NCBI RefSeq assembly: GCF_018350175.1
Contig: NC_058368.1
Coordinates: forward strand, 175,958,001-176,022,000
Direction of reading: 5' to 3'
From: Felis catus
Lineage: Eukaryota
DNA length: 64,000 nucleotides
How positions within the stretch are numbered: position 1 is the stretch's first letter; the number at the start of each line of letters is the position of its first letter. The notes under the pieces are model-generated. The model was given only the letters and a program-made list of their open reading frames with translations, did not search any database and was not told the origin of the DNA. Made by a program: the position numbers and the translations under genes. Shown here piece by piece: positions 63,056 to 64,000 of the stretch.

Positions 63056-64000
63056 AAGTCACTGAGCGGAATTTCATTGGTCTGGTTTCAGTCACATGCC
63101 CATCCCTGAACCAACCAATGTGCCCAGGGCAATGTCAGTGTTCGGACTGGCCAGGCCTGAGGCACATGCTCATCCCTGGAGTTAAAGGTAGGAGCGGCTT
63201 CAGTCAAGCCGTATGGACTAGGAGCTGGGAGACTGTAAGTCTCCCCATGAAAATCAGGGTGCTATTTCCAAAAAGGGGGAAATGATTGCTGGAAAGACAA
63301 AAGCCACTGTAAACCACTCCGGCTGCCAACCTTCTCCCACCCTCCCAATCTTATCAATGGTTAAGTCAAATTCTTTGTCAGTCTCCCAGGGAAACTGCAA
63401 AGGCCTTACAATGCCACATCATTTCGCTGCCAACCGATTGCAAAGCGACACTGACAAAGATGCAGAAAGTCATGAATTCCAGAAGAGTGATGGTGGACAG
63501 CTGCTTAAATCAAATGCGGGGCTGTTGGCAAAGGAGGATCTGGCCAAAGTTAGCCCGGCTATAACTCAAAAGGAAAAGTCTGCAAGGGATGATGCTAAAA
63601 TAAGTTTTTAAAAAGAATGATTTAAACATCAGAACTTGATGTCCTCAAATATTTTTGTCAACACCCGTCCTTGTTATAAGACGACTCTTATGAACTGCTA
63701 TCTTCCAGTTTTTAAAAAAAATTGTACATCTTATGGTCTTAAAAACGTTACATCCCAAAAAAAAAAAAATCAACATTTGACTCTTACTTTGCATGTCCTA
63801 AGAGTCAGTGCACAGTGGCAATTATAAACTAAATTTGGTTAAGTGTATGGTAGGTACATCTTCCCCAATTAAATGGGCAGGAGGGGGAAATCTCCTTGAG
63901 GTCTTGATCTGAATTTACCTGAGCCTAACAATACGAGTAAGAATTCACAAATGTATCGGTTCTTGTGCTCTCTCTTCTAAAAAGTCTGTTTGCAATCTTG

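Noticed and set aside
63282..63611. 109-aa ORF with protein-like composition
   Set aside because: Starts in an MLT1 remnant; no recognisable family and no clear exon boundaries.
1..64000. CRISPR array, prokaryotic system or named host gene
   Set aside because: Mammalian repeat landscape; no repeat-spacer array and no identifiable exon.

Overview
This is mammalian, almost certainly felid, genomic DNA: about 20 tRNA-derived CAN-SINEs of the SINEC_Fc type are present, several young with perfect target-site duplications (TSDs). The window is repeat-rich intronic or intergenic sequence, and I cannot support any host protein-coding exon, RNA gene or gene symbol. The largest structure is a decayed ERV-L provirus on the minus strand (1122-5247). 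It has an intact MLT2B-type 3' LTR, PPT, dUTPase, integrase, RNase H and RT remnants, no env, and a deletion that fuses the first ~37 bp of the 5' LTR directly to the start of RT. The rest is L1, L2, MIR, MLT1/ERVL solo LTRs, hAT MITEs and microsatellites, separated by 1-2 kb stretches with no repeat I recognise. The most unusual unexplained signal is a near-perfect 28-32 bp direct repeat (34299-34330 / 36770-36801) carrying TAATCA plus an E-box, in otherwise non-alignable unique DNA. Repeat subfamily names come from recall of consensus sequences, not from a database search, and old-repeat boundaries are approximate. I found no convincing novel biological system.
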